From positions 1 through 33,289 of the forward strand of contig JBGTGT010000032.1 of the NCBI GenBank assembly GCA_041746575.1: DNA of 33,289 nt, in the 5' to 3' direction. Below, piece by piece: positions 1 through 9,160 of this stretch. Source of the stretch: Microcystaceae cyanobacterium (GTDB lineage: Bacteria; Cyanobacteriota; Cyanobacteriia; Cyanobacteriales; Microcystaceae). The notes below the pieces were generated by a model. The model saw only the letters and a list, made by a program, of their open reading frames with translations, was not told where the DNA came from and did not search any database. Within the stretch, counting starts at the first letter, position 1, and each line of letters begins with the position of its first letter. The translations under genes and the position numbers were made by a program.

Positions 1-10
1 TGCAGGGGGT

Positions 11-63
11 GCGGGGGACGGAGTGCCTCCCCCGCTGGGGGGCTTGGGGGGCTAGTCCCCCAA
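11..63. repeat. Two adjacent GC-rich hairpins (possible end of a repeat or mobile element cut by the window edge)
   Basis: GCGGGGGA(11-18)/TCCCCCGC(28-35) and TTGGGGG(44-50)/CCCCCAA(57-63) are inverted repeats; far more GC-rich than the flanking DNA. Confidence 0.5.
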
Positions 64-218
64 TCAAGAATTTGTTTTTCTTTTCCTAATCCCAACGAGG
101 ATGGACAAAAAAATTGAGATAATTGCCCTCGTCGAACTCACATTAAAAATAAATATGTCACAAAAAGGGGTCAATCTTAGCAAACTTGCAAGTACGAAAA
201 ATTGTTTATTTCTACAAA

Positions 219-1073
219 TTACTGTTCGTTATTTAAAGACCAATCGTAATTTAAATAAGTAATTTGGTACCCCCCAGAACTTAAGTATTTTTGATCTGTT
301 TGATTAAGATGATTTTGGATAAAATTAATAAAAGCAGTTTCTTTAGGATTTAATCCTTTAAGATTTTGAGATTGTCCATAAGTCTTTTCAAAATCTTCAC
401 CAAACCATTTAAAAATAGAAGAAACATAAACTTTTTTATTTTGAGAATCTATGCGAAAATGTTCAGCATTAGATAGAAACCGTCGAGACTGTTGAGCGAG
501 TTGCTTATCTAGTTTTTCCCCCGTATAAGGCTCCATTTTTAAAGGAGGACATCCAATAGAGGCACAAACCAACGCCATGTGAATTCTTGGTTCATTGAAT
601 TGTTTTCTGAGGACTTCGTGTTCAATTTGATCGAGGGTCATTTCTTGTGCCATAACGTTAAATTTCTGCCCTTTCCAAACCCCCGGAATATCTCGAATAC
701 TTTTGACAGGATAATTATTGATGATACTTTCTAACGTTAAAGAATTGTAAGCATTTAACCAAAAAGCAATTTTTTCTTCCTCTGTCCAAGTTTTATACAT
801 TTCAGGCGTTACAGCACCTAATCCTGCATTAAACTGATCAAGTTTTTGACGATTGTTCTTAAGTTTTTCATAGTTAACTTGTCCAGAAGAATTGACATAT
901 TTTTGTAAAGTATCTGCATAATACTTAAGATCAAATTCTTGCTCAATCTTGCCTTGTTTGAGGGAAGATAAATCATCCTTTGCATTAGAAGAAGTCGGAT
1001 TAATTTGACTTGAACAACTGACTAAAAGGAAAATTAAAGGCAATAAAATTTTGATAGAATTAAACGGTTTCAT
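219..1073 (-). CDS. DUF547 domain lipoprotein
   Basis: Motifs AFWLNAYN, EPRIHMALVCASIGCP and YDWSLN; lipobox LVSC; start moved to MKPFNS (1073) because AAGGAGA lies just upstream. Confidence 0.85.
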   Translation of the reverse strand: MKPFNSIKILLPLIFLLVSCSSQINPTSSNAKDDLSSLKQGKIEQEFDLKYYADTLQKYVNSSGQVNYEKLKNNRQKLDQFNAGLGAVTPEMYKTWTEEEKIAFWLNAYNSLTLESIINNYPVKSIRDIPGVWKGQKFNVMAQEMTLDQIEHEVLRKQFNEPRIHMALVCASIGCPPLKMEPYTGEKLDKQLAQQSRRFLSNAEHFRIDSQNKKVYVSSIFKWFGEDFEKTYGQSQNLKGLNPKETAFINFIQNHLNQTDQKYLSSGGYQITYLNYDWSLNNEQ

Positions 1074-1189
1074 GGATATCTCCTTCATATTTTTGGGGAT
1101 TTTAATGAGATTAATCATTGATAGATAGTTTGATAAGAATTAATAAGTTGAATTTTCTGACTAACACTTTTGCGCTTCTGAATTATTTA

Positions 1190-2176
1190 TTAAAATCCTA
1201 AATAACGCTCTTTAACCATCGGATAATCTGAGCTAGGTGCGGCAGACCATTCTAACATTGAACCTGCATAATTTTTAGCTGTAAAACCTGAATCTGTTAA
1301 AACGGAAGTAAACCAAGCAGAACGAACGCCTGCTGTACAATAAGCGACAATTGGACTCCTTTGCGAAATTCCCAATGCTTGGAATTTATTAACAATAACG
1401 TGACGGGGTAAAATATGCCCTTTACTATCTAACAAATTTCGGTAATAAAAATGAATCGCACTAGGAATATGTCCTTCTCTGGTTTCGCCATAAGGAGTTT
1501 TTCCCTTAAATTCTCGGTCTTCTCGTACGTCAATAATCACCCAATTAGGGTTACTTAATATCTTTTCGACTTCTTCTTTATTGATTGCCCATTTTTCACT
1601 ACGCTTTGGGGTAAAATCTCCTAATTTAGAAGCATTATTTTCTGCTTTTCCAGTCGGTAAACCGGCTTTTATTAAAGCATCATAACCCCCATCTACTAAA
1701 ACTGTTTTGGGGTGTCCTAATGTCCTTAACATCCACACCAGTCTGCCATCTTCTCCCCAACCGTAAAGAGAATCAGCAAACACAACAACAGGCTTATCTT
1801 GAGAAATACCCAATTTTCTAATTTTTTCTGCAAGAATCATTGAATTTTTCAAAAGTTTACCTTTTTCCGAGTCTGCTTCTTCAGAAAAATCTTGCCAATT
1901 GACTAGGATTGCACCTTTAATGCTTTCTCTCGGTAGCCATGTTGAACCACGGGCATCTAAAAGCGATGAGCCAGTGCTAATTAGAGATTTCGCCTGCTGG
2001 GGATTAATAATCCAATCAGAATTAGAAAAAAAGATGGATTCTATTAAATTTGTCTGTGAAACGGAATGAGGGTGATCAATAGAGAAAATAAGAGCAAAAT
2101 TGATTAACAATAAACTCGTTAAAACAAACAAGCCTAAATTTTTCTTTTTTTTGCGTTTAAATTGACTTAATATCAT
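1190..2176 (-). CDS. Tandem-domain rhodanese/sulfurtransferase with N-terminal signal or anchor
   Basis: LLDARG, DGRLVWML..LGH, DGGY, IIDVRE..EF.G, GHIPSA, catalytic YCTAGVRS, NYAGSMLEWS; basic N-terminus followed by a hydrophobic helix. Confidence 0.88.
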   Translation of the reverse strand: MILSQFKRKKKKNLGLFVLTSLLLINFALIFSIDHPHSVSQTNLIESIFFSNSDWIINPQQAKSLISTGSSLLDARGSTWLPRESIKGAILVNWQDFSEEADSEKGKLLKNSMILAEKIRKLGISQDKPVVVFADSLYGWGEDGRLVWMLRTLGHPKTVLVDGGYDALIKAGLPTGKAENNASKLGDFTPKRSEKWAINKEEVEKILSNPNWVIIDVREDREFKGKTPYGETREGHIPSAIHFYYRNLLDSKGHILPRHVIVNKFQALGISQRSPIVAYCTAGVRSAWFTSVLTDSGFTAKNYAGSMLEWSAAPSSDYPMVKERYLGF

Positions 2177-2222
2177 GATTTTTTTTAATATTTAGCTAAA
2201 TATTTAATTTACAAGCTAGAAA

Positions 2223-3770
2223 TCAAGAAAATTTAGTTAAAAACTGCAATAAACGTTTAGTATTTTCAGTTAACAATGTCCGACGATACATATCCGCCGC
2301 TTTTCTAATTCCCTCTGCTTGGGTTGGGTAGGGGTGAATGACGCTAGAAAGACCATTTAACCCGATTTTATTCACCATCGCCGTTGTTACTTCCGAAATC
2401 ATGTCACCTGCGTGTTTCGCCACAATTGTTGCGCCTAAAATTTGGTCTGAGCCTTTTTTATGGAGAATTTTAACAAATCCCTCCGTTTCTCCGTCAACTA
2501 TTGCCCTATCTACATGACTTAAAGGAATTTTGATGGTATTAACCTTAAAACCCTTTTCTTGCGCTTCCTCTTCGTACAGTCCTACATGAGCAATTTCAGG
2601 CTCGGTATAAGTCACCCAAGGCATAATTAAGTCGCTTAATTTAGATTTTCCCAGACCAAAAGGGGAAAATAGGGTATTTTTAATGACAATTCTTGCCGCA
2701 GCGTCGGCGGCATGGGTAAACTTCCACTTCATGCAAATATCGCCTGCGGCATAGATATTCGGATTCGTGGTTTGCAAATAGTCATTGACGCTGACTCCTT
2801 TTCGGGTGTCGTAATTCACCCCTACGGCTTCCAAATTCAAACTTTCCACATTAGGCGCACGTCCTGCCCCCACCAGTATCTCGTCAACTGTAATATTAAT
2901 TAATTTTCCCTGATTTTGACAATAAATGACTTTACCTTGCTCTGTCTTTTCTACCCGTTTAATCTGAGATTCTAAAATCAGGTGTATTCCCTCATTAATA
3001 AAAGTATTTTGCACAATTTCGGCAGCATCTGCGTCTTCTTTATTTAAAAGATCAGAATGATTATGAAATAAGGTCACATTTACCCCCAAACGGTGAAATG
3101 CTTGAGCCAGTTCACAGCCAATCGGCCCCCCGCCTATCACCCCTAGCCGCTTCGGAAACTGAGTCAAGGAAAAAACGGTCTCATTGGTTAAAAATCCAGC
3201 TTCTTTTAGCCCTTTAATCGTCGGATGAACAGCTCTCGCACCTGTCGCAATGACTGCTTTTTTGTAGTTTAAGCGGTGTTCGCCCACTTCGATGACAGTA
3301 TTGCTTGAAAAATGAGCTTCTCCTAAAAAAACGTCAATTCCAAGGCTTTGAAAGCGTTTTGCTGAATCATGATGGCTAATTTCGGCTCTAACTTCCCGCA
3401 TTCTTTCCATCACAGCTTCTGAGTCGATTTCGATTTCTTGAGGAATTTGAATACCTAATTTTGCTGAATTCCAGACTTCGCCAACGACGCGAGAAGAACG
3501 GATGAGACATTTTGAGGGAACACAACCATAGTTTAAGCAATCGCCCCCCATCAGGTGTTTTTCTACTATAGCGACTTTTAAGCCAATATCTAACCCTGCC
3601 GCTCCTGCGGCTACCACCAATCCGGCTGTACCTGCGCCAATGACGACTAAATCATAATAAGCTTTTGGTTTAGGATTAACCCAATCGGGAGGATGTACGG
3701 TGGAAATTAAGCGTTGATTGTGTTCATCCATTGGAGGAACGCTAAGTCTTGATGTTACTGACTTTTTCAT
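2223..3770 (-). CDS. Pyridine nucleotide-disulfide oxidoreductase (mercuric reductase-like / Lpd family)
   Basis: GAGTAG FAD motif, GGDCLNYGCVPSK redox disulfide, GGGPIGCE, IYAAGD, HPYPTQAE; lacks the C-terminal Cys-Cys and NmerA domain of true MerA. Confidence 0.88.
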   Translation of the reverse strand: MKKSVTSRLSVPPMDEHNQRLISTVHPPDWVNPKPKAYYDLVVIGAGTAGLVVAAGAAGLDIGLKVAIVEKHLMGGDCLNYGCVPSKCLIRSSRVVGEVWNSAKLGIQIPQEIEIDSEAVMERMREVRAEISHHDSAKRFQSLGIDVFLGEAHFSSNTVIEVGEHRLNYKKAVIATGARAVHPTIKGLKEAGFLTNETVFSLTQFPKRLGVIGGGPIGCELAQAFHRLGVNVTLFHNHSDLLNKEDADAAEIVQNTFINEGIHLILESQIKRVEKTEQGKVIYCQNQGKLINITVDEILVGAGRAPNVESLNLEAVGVNYDTRKGVSVNDYLQTTNPNIYAAGDICMKWKFTHAADAAARIVIKNTLFSPFGLGKSKLSDLIMPWVTYTEPEIAHVGLYEEEAQEKGFKVNTIKIPLSHVDRAIVDGETEGFVKILHKKGSDQILGATIVAKHAGDMISEVTTAMVNKIGLNGLSSVIHPYPTQAEGIRKAADMYRRTLLTENTKRLLQFLTKFS

Positions 3771-3853
3771 TGATTTGAGACCTTAAGTTATTTATTATTC
3801 GTTATTTTTGGCAATAGAGCCGATTTTTTAATCCTTATTTAGTAATGTATTAT

Positions 3854-4810
3854 TTATAGGTTACTAGATGAAAGAAAAGCTTTGCACATTTCTTCTACAT
3901 GACGATAATCTGTCCCACAACATCCGCCAATAATATGCAAATTATTGAGTTTTTGCCGGATTTCAAGATAATGACGTCCTAATTCTACTGGATTACCGTC
4001 GTCAAGTTCAACTGATTCGTCTAGTTCAGCATGGCTTTTCATCGAAGCATTGGCTCGCAGTCCTTGAATTCGATTTAACCACAGTTGCGCTTCATCTGTT
4101 AATATCGTGGCAAAATGCAGGGGATGGGCGCAATTAATCATATAATAAAGCGGTGCATCATTAGTTTCTTGATCCACCTGTCTAATCGCTTCTTTTAGCG
4201 TTTGTCCCGTAGGTAAACATCCATCCGTTTCAACCGTAAACGAAATGACCACAGGCATTTCTGAAGACTGTGCGGCTAAGGTAATTCCAATGGCTTCTTC
4301 TGGGTAAGTTAAGGTCATTGCCGTAACCAAATCCGTTTTTGCCTTGGAAAACGCCTGAATCTGTAATGTATGGTAAGTGTGCGCTTCTGCGACTGACATC
4401 AAGGTACTCGGATGATAGCCATCGTCTCTGGGACCCAGACAACCACTAATAATAACAGGAAGGGTCTGACTTTGATATTCATGCCGAATGTCTTGTAACA
4501 AAACAATCGATTGGAGATTCATTTGAGTTAATTCTGCTTCAGAATAACCTAGCTTTGCTCCCCAGTCAGGATTCGCTCGCCAAGTCGGACTTTCTAGAAT
4601 GATGCCAACTTGATATTTTTGAGCTAAATCAGCATAGGTACAATAATATTTACGCAAAATTTCCTGTCCAAGGGGATTTTTGAGCAAATCAAAGGCCGCA
4701 AAATAGGGGAGGTTAATACCTTCGTGGAAGATAAGGGTTGTTTCTAATCCACCATCTGTTAATAAAAGGTTACGAGAAAGTAGGGTCAAAAGAGAAGAAT
4801 GTTGTTGCAT
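3854..4810 (-). CDS. Homocysteine S-methyltransferase family protein
   Basis: LTDGGLET, GPRDDGY, ISFTVETDG, INCAHP and GGCCGT zinc-ligand motifs. Confidence 0.9.
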   Translation of the reverse strand: MQQHSSLLTLLSRNLLLTDGGLETTLIFHEGINLPYFAAFDLLKNPLGQEILRKYYCTYADLAQKYQVGIILESPTWRANPDWGAKLGYSEAELTQMNLQSIVLLQDIRHEYQSQTLPVIISGCLGPRDDGYHPSTLMSVAEAHTYHTLQIQAFSKAKTDLVTAMTLTYPEEAIGITLAAQSSEMPVVISFTVETDGCLPTGQTLKEAIRQVDQETNDAPLYYMINCAHPLHFATILTDEAQLWLNRIQGLRANASMKSHAELDESVELDDGNPVELGRHYLEIRQKLNNLHIIGGCCGTDYRHVEEMCKAFLSSSNL

Positions 4811-4948
4811 TATTTTGGTTACTCCTAAGTTGTTTAGCGTTTGACTTCAGAACTTATTGATAAACCGACTTATTACGTCGGATACAAGGGAGAGGAAAGC
4901 TGACACTATTAACGAGATAACGAGAAAAATTTTAGACTTCACACTTTC

Positions 4949-5737
4949 CTATAATGAATCACCGGTTACTGATGACTGTTCGTTGTTGACGCTTTTTTCT
5001 AATGCTTGACGGGCAATCTTCGTTACATAAAGGGTAACGGCAACGGTGGCGATCAAGCCGATAATCCGGATTGTCCACTCTAAAGAAGGATTTGTCGGTT
5101 GAGAATCTGTGCCAATCGTAGCAAGACTTCCTGCCAGTGAGCCAAAATAGACATACATCACAGTTCCGGGTATCATACCGATTGAACCTAAAGCGTAGTC
5201 TTTGAGCGAAACCCCCGTTACGCCGTAAGCGTAATTGAGTAAATTAAAAGGAAAAATAGGCGATAGTCGAGTCAATAAAACAATTTTTAGTCCTTCTTTA
5301 CCGACTGCTTCATCAATTGCTTTAAATTTATGGTTACCTTCAATTTTTTTGGAAACCCATCCCCTTGCTACATAGCGTCCGACGAGAAAGGCGGCAATCG
5401 CACCTAAGGTTGCCCCCACAAAAACGTACAATGACCCTAAAATGACGCCAAAAACCACCCCTGCGCCCAATGTTAAGATTGAACCGGGAAAGAAAGCAAC
5501 TGTTGCCAAAATATAAATGATTATGAAGGCAATTGCTCCTACTGCTCCTAAACTATCCACCCATGCTAAAGCATTTTGTAAAAGGGTTTGCGGATTAAAT
5601 CCCGTTGATTGGGTCAGTTCTTGGGCAAAGACAGGAACATTTACGGAAAAAACACCCAAAGTAGCCATCAATAACATAAATAGTATTTTTTGCAAAGGGA
5701 ATCTAACTTTTAATTGATCGTTTGATCGGTGTCGCAT
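4949..5737 (-). CDS. TVP38/TMEM64 (DedA/VTT superfamily) membrane protein
   Basis: PGSILTLGAGVVFG, GATLGAIAAFLVGR, RLSPIFPFNLLNYAYG. Confidence 0.92.
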   Translation of the reverse strand: MRHRSNDQLKVRFPLQKILFMLLMATLGVFSVNVPVFAQELTQSTGFNPQTLLQNALAWVDSLGAVGAIAFIIIYILATVAFFPGSILTLGAGVVFGVILGSLYVFVGATLGAIAAFLVGRYVARGWVSKKIEGNHKFKAIDEAVGKEGLKIVLLTRLSPIFPFNLLNYAYGVTGVSLKDYALGSIGMIPGTVMYVYFGSLAGSLATIGTDSQPTNPSLEWTIRIIGLIATVAVTLYVTKIARQALEKSVNNEQSSVTGDSL

Positions 5738-5849
5738 TTTTTTAAATCTCCTTAAATAGATGAATATTAATAAACTTAAAATGAGGATAAAGTTTGAGAG
5801 GCCAATAATGAAAAGTGAATTGACGATTGATAATTTCTCACCCCTCTTT

Positions 5850-6578
5850 TTATTGATAAGATTTTAAGCGTTGATTGAGAATTTTCCGAGCCAGACGCGT
5901 CGTATAAATCGTAGTAACTAGGGTAGCGATTAGCCCTAAAAGATGAACCATCCATTTAATTTTTTGAGCTTCTAGGGATAAAACCATATCAGAGCCATCA
6001 AAACCCGTCAAATCTGTCACTAATGAACCTATATAAACATACATAAGGGTAGCAGGCAGAATTCCCAATGACCCTAAAATATAGTCTCGTAACGAAATTT
6101 GGGTGACACCAAAAACGTAATTAAGCAAATTAAAAGGAAAAAATGGACAAAGGCGGATTAATAAAACGATTTTCCAACCGTCTTCTTTTACTGCTTCAGA
6201 AATCGCTTTGAAATTTGGCGACTTTGCCATCTTTCGCGTGACCCAATCCCGTGAGAAATAACGTCCTATCAAAAAAGCAAAAATTGTCCCCAACAATGCT
6301 CCTATTAAGACATAAATTGAACCCCAAAAAAAGCCAAATAAACAGCCTCCCTTAATGGTCAGTAAAGAACCAGGAATAAATAACACAGTAGCAAGATTAT
6401 ATACTAAAATAAAGGCGATCGGTCCAAAGTTCCCTAATGCTTTAATTTGACGAAAAACTGAAGGTAGCCACGCGAGTAAGTTACTATTCCGTACGATAAA
6501 GATGGTCAGAATAATCAACCCACTTAATAAAAAACGCTTTAACCAACGATATATTCGACGTTGACGGGGGAAACTCAT
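5850..6578 (-). CDS. TVP38/TMEM64 (DedA/VTT superfamily) membrane protein, second paralog
   Basis: PGSLLTIKGGCLFG, AFLIGRY, RLCPFFPFNLLNYVFG. Confidence 0.9.
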   Translation of the reverse strand: MSFPRQRRIYRWLKRFLLSGLIILTIFIVRNSNLLAWLPSVFRQIKALGNFGPIAFILVYNLATVLFIPGSLLTIKGGCLFGFFWGSIYVLIGALLGTIFAFLIGRYFSRDWVTRKMAKSPNFKAISEAVKEDGWKIVLLIRLCPFFPFNLLNYVFGVTQISLRDYILGSLGILPATLMYVYIGSLVTDLTGFDGSDMVLSLEAQKIKWMVHLLGLIATLVTTIYTTRLARKILNQRLKSYQ

Positions 6579-6827
6579 AATTTTTCCGCTTTTTCTAAAT
6601 TAGCCAAAGAAACGTAAAGCAAAAAATGTAACTGTTATTTATCATAAAATTGAATTCTGAATTTTCTCTAAGACTTCTCTGAGAAAATCTTAAAGATTAA
6701 TATTAATATAATGTAGATTGCTATAATCTGGCCAAGTGATGCCTTAATCGAAAATCGAGTATTTTCTTCATCTTCGGGTAATGCTTCGGCTGAGGCTCTA
6801 ACATCAAAATTTTATTCTTCAATAACC

Positions 6828-8237
6828 ATGACACAAAAAAATGAAACTCCCCTTTTGATTTTAACTCTTTTACTCACCTTTGGAATTTTAGCAGGGGGTC
6901 TTTGGTTTCTCAAAAAACAATTTTTTTCTAATTCTACATCCCCTAATTCTACCCAATCTCCGACGGCTCCCTTATTTTCTACTTCCTTAGGCTTAAGCCA
7001 AGGAGAAACCCTCCTTTTTACCAATGATATTAACCCTCAGAAAATGGCAGGAATTCAAGCATTTTCTCAAAATAATTATGAACCCGCGATCGCTTATTTT
7101 CAAGAATCTTTGAAGTTTCAGAAAAACGACCCAGAAACTTTGATTTACTTAAATAATGCCCAAGCTGAATTCCATAATCCTTTAAAAATTGCCGTCGTTG
7201 TTCCCATCGGTAAAAATGAAAATATTGCCAAAGAAATTCTAAGAGGAGTAGCACAAACTCAAAACAATATCAATAAAAATAGCGGTATTAATGGACGGTA
7301 TTTACAAGTTACCATTGCTAACGATAATAACGATCCCCAACTAGCCAGTCAAGTTGCTCAGAAATTAGTACAAGATTCCACTATTTTGGCGGTTATCGGT
7401 CATAATTCCAGTGACGCAACCCTTGGAGCATCACCCATTTATCAACAGGGAGGATTAGTGATGATTTCTCCTACCAGTAACGCCAATAAAATTGCGAGTC
7501 AAGGGAATTATATTTTTCGGACAATTCCCAGTGTTCGCTTTGAAGCCAATGCCCTTTCTAATTACACTATTAACCAAGTAAAAAAGACAAAAGTTGGCAT
7601 TTGTTTTGACTCTCAAGCTCAATATAGTGTCGCTTTTAAAGAGGATTTTACCACTGCTATTTTTACGGATGGAGGGCAAATTATTGAAGTAAATTGTGAC
7701 CTAAGTTCACCCAATTTTAACGCTTTAAATATTATCAATCAAGCTAAAAAAGAAGGAGCAGATAGTCTTTTATTAATTCCTTCAGTTGATCGTCTATCAG
7801 TTGCAACAAGGGTGGCGCAAGGAAATCAGCAGGAGTTATTTTTATTGGGATCATCCGCTTTATATACCATTGAAACTTTACAGCAAGGTAAGCAATTTGT
7901 AGAGGGAATGGTAATTCCTGTAGCTTGGTATCCTACCGCTTTTACTGAAAGTTCTTTTTCTCAAGATGCTATTAAGCTATGGGGCGGAAATGTCAACTGG
8001 CGCAGTGCATTAGCTTATGATGCCGCCCAAACTTTAATGACTGCCTTGCCAAAAAATCCAACCCGCCAAGGGATTCAAAAAACCCTTTCTAATCCTGATT
8101 TTAGAACTGAAGGAGCAACTGGGACAATTCGCTTTTTACCCTCAGGCGATCGCAATAGTAAGCCGCTCTTTGTGACGATTAAAGCCCAAGCACAATCAAC
8201 ATCAAATACTGGTTTTGACTTTGTTTTATTGAAGTAA
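6828..8237 (+). CDS. LivJ/LivK-like ABC transporter substrate-binding protein with N-terminal TM helix and TPR-like segment
   Basis: NDPETLIYLNNA, KIAVVVP, GINGRYLQV..ANDNND, AVIGHNSS, MISPTS, YIFRT, ALAYDA. Confidence 0.88.
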   Translation: MTQKNETPLLILTLLLTFGILAGGLWFLKKQFFSNSTSPNSTQSPTAPLFSTSLGLSQGETLLFTNDINPQKMAGIQAFSQNNYEPAIAYFQESLKFQKNDPETLIYLNNAQAEFHNPLKIAVVVPIGKNENIAKEILRGVAQTQNNINKNSGINGRYLQVTIANDNNDPQLASQVAQKLVQDSTILAVIGHNSSDATLGASPIYQQGGLVMISPTSNANKIASQGNYIFRTIPSVRFEANALSNYTINQVKKTKVGICFDSQAQYSVAFKEDFTTAIFTDGGQIIEVNCDLSSPNFNALNIINQAKKEGADSLLLIPSVDRLSVATRVAQGNQQELFLLGSSALYTIETLQQGKQFVEGMVIPVAWYPTAFTESSFSQDAIKLWGGNVNWRSALAYDAAQTLMTALPKNPTRQGIQKTLSNPDFRTEGATGTIRFLPSGDRNSKPLFVTIKAQAQSTSNTGFDFVLLK

Positions 8238-8718
8238 TAAAAAAACTGCTATACGGTAATAAAGTTAGAGCATTTAGGGCGGCTTTTCAAGCTCTAAAAA
8301 ATTAGAAACAGCAACAGTCTCTAAACTAAATGACTTCCCGTTAGAGGCTCTTGGGGGGTTATCTTCCTGAGATCCATTGGGTCAACTTCAACATAGTTAT
8401 TTTTTGAGAACTTTTCGTTTCCCATCTGCTCTATTGGGAGTTTTAAAATCGATTGTCTTGTAGCTACAGAAAACAGGAGAGCGACTTTCTCTTGACAGGA
8501 GTTTGTATTTTTATTTAATAAAAATAAAAAATAATTCAGTAATTTTACGAAGCAAAAAAAAGGGGAAATTTGCTTAAATTAATTTAGTATAAATTAGGGA
8601 AAAAACTAACGGAACTTTCATAAAATCAAATTGTAATGCTAAAATTTTTAAGGAAAGTAAACAAAATTTAAAACTAAATTAAATAATTAATAAAAAACTA
8701 TTAGTAAAAATAAAATTT

Positions 8719-9077
8719 ATGAGTTTTGATGAAATACTAAAAGATATTCAGACTATAATCGACAAAGTTATGAAGTAAAAAAATACCAAGAACTTAGGCA
8801 AGACTGTCAAAATTTTTTAGAAGGCTTAATCCAAAAATTTCTAGATGACCCAACTCAAGAAAACTATGAAAATTGTAAAGAGTTTTTAGCAAAATATAGA
8901 AAACTAGAAATTGGAGGGTTTAACTCTCAACGACGAACATGGCCTCTTCGTACTAAAGATGAATTTATTGTAGAAATAAAAAGTGCTTTTCAAACTTATT
9001 TTGATAAAAATAGTGAGGATAATTATCAATATCTATTAAAAATAATGAAGGAATATATATTACTAAAAAAATCTTAG
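8719..9077 (+). pseudogene. Frameshifted ~119-aa helical hypothetical protein (not in the ORF track)
   Basis: ATG8719 gives MSFDEILKDIQT..*, while a second frame is open 8733-9077 (SDYNRQSYEVKKYQELRQDCQNFLEG...YILLKKS*) with no upstream start; one added base near 8747 would join them. Confidence 0.5.
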
Positions 9078-9103
9078 CGACTTAAACGTTGTGCTATCTC
9101 AAG

Positions 9104-9126
9104 AAAAGCGGGAAATACCCGCTTTT
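9104..9126 (+). terminator. Hairpin / putative intrinsic terminator
   Basis: Perfect inverted repeat AAAAGCGGG-aaata-CCCGCTTTT just downstream of the 9077 stop. Confidence 0.55.
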
Positions 9127-9160
9127 AAGGGTTTTCGATAAATTTAAAAAAAACAATAAT

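Noticed and set aside
2223..3770. merA / mercury resistance operon
   Set aside because: No C-terminal Cys pair and no merR/T/P nearby
8388..8408. Second copy of the recombinase site (TCAACATAGTTATTTTTTGAG)
   Set aside because: Spacing is several bp shorter and the arm match is poor
8320..8570. Minus-strand open frame (…MGNEKFSKNNYVEVDPMDLRKITPQEPLTGSHLV*)
   Set aside because: Only 34 aa from the ATG, with no recognisable motif; cannot be supported as a gene
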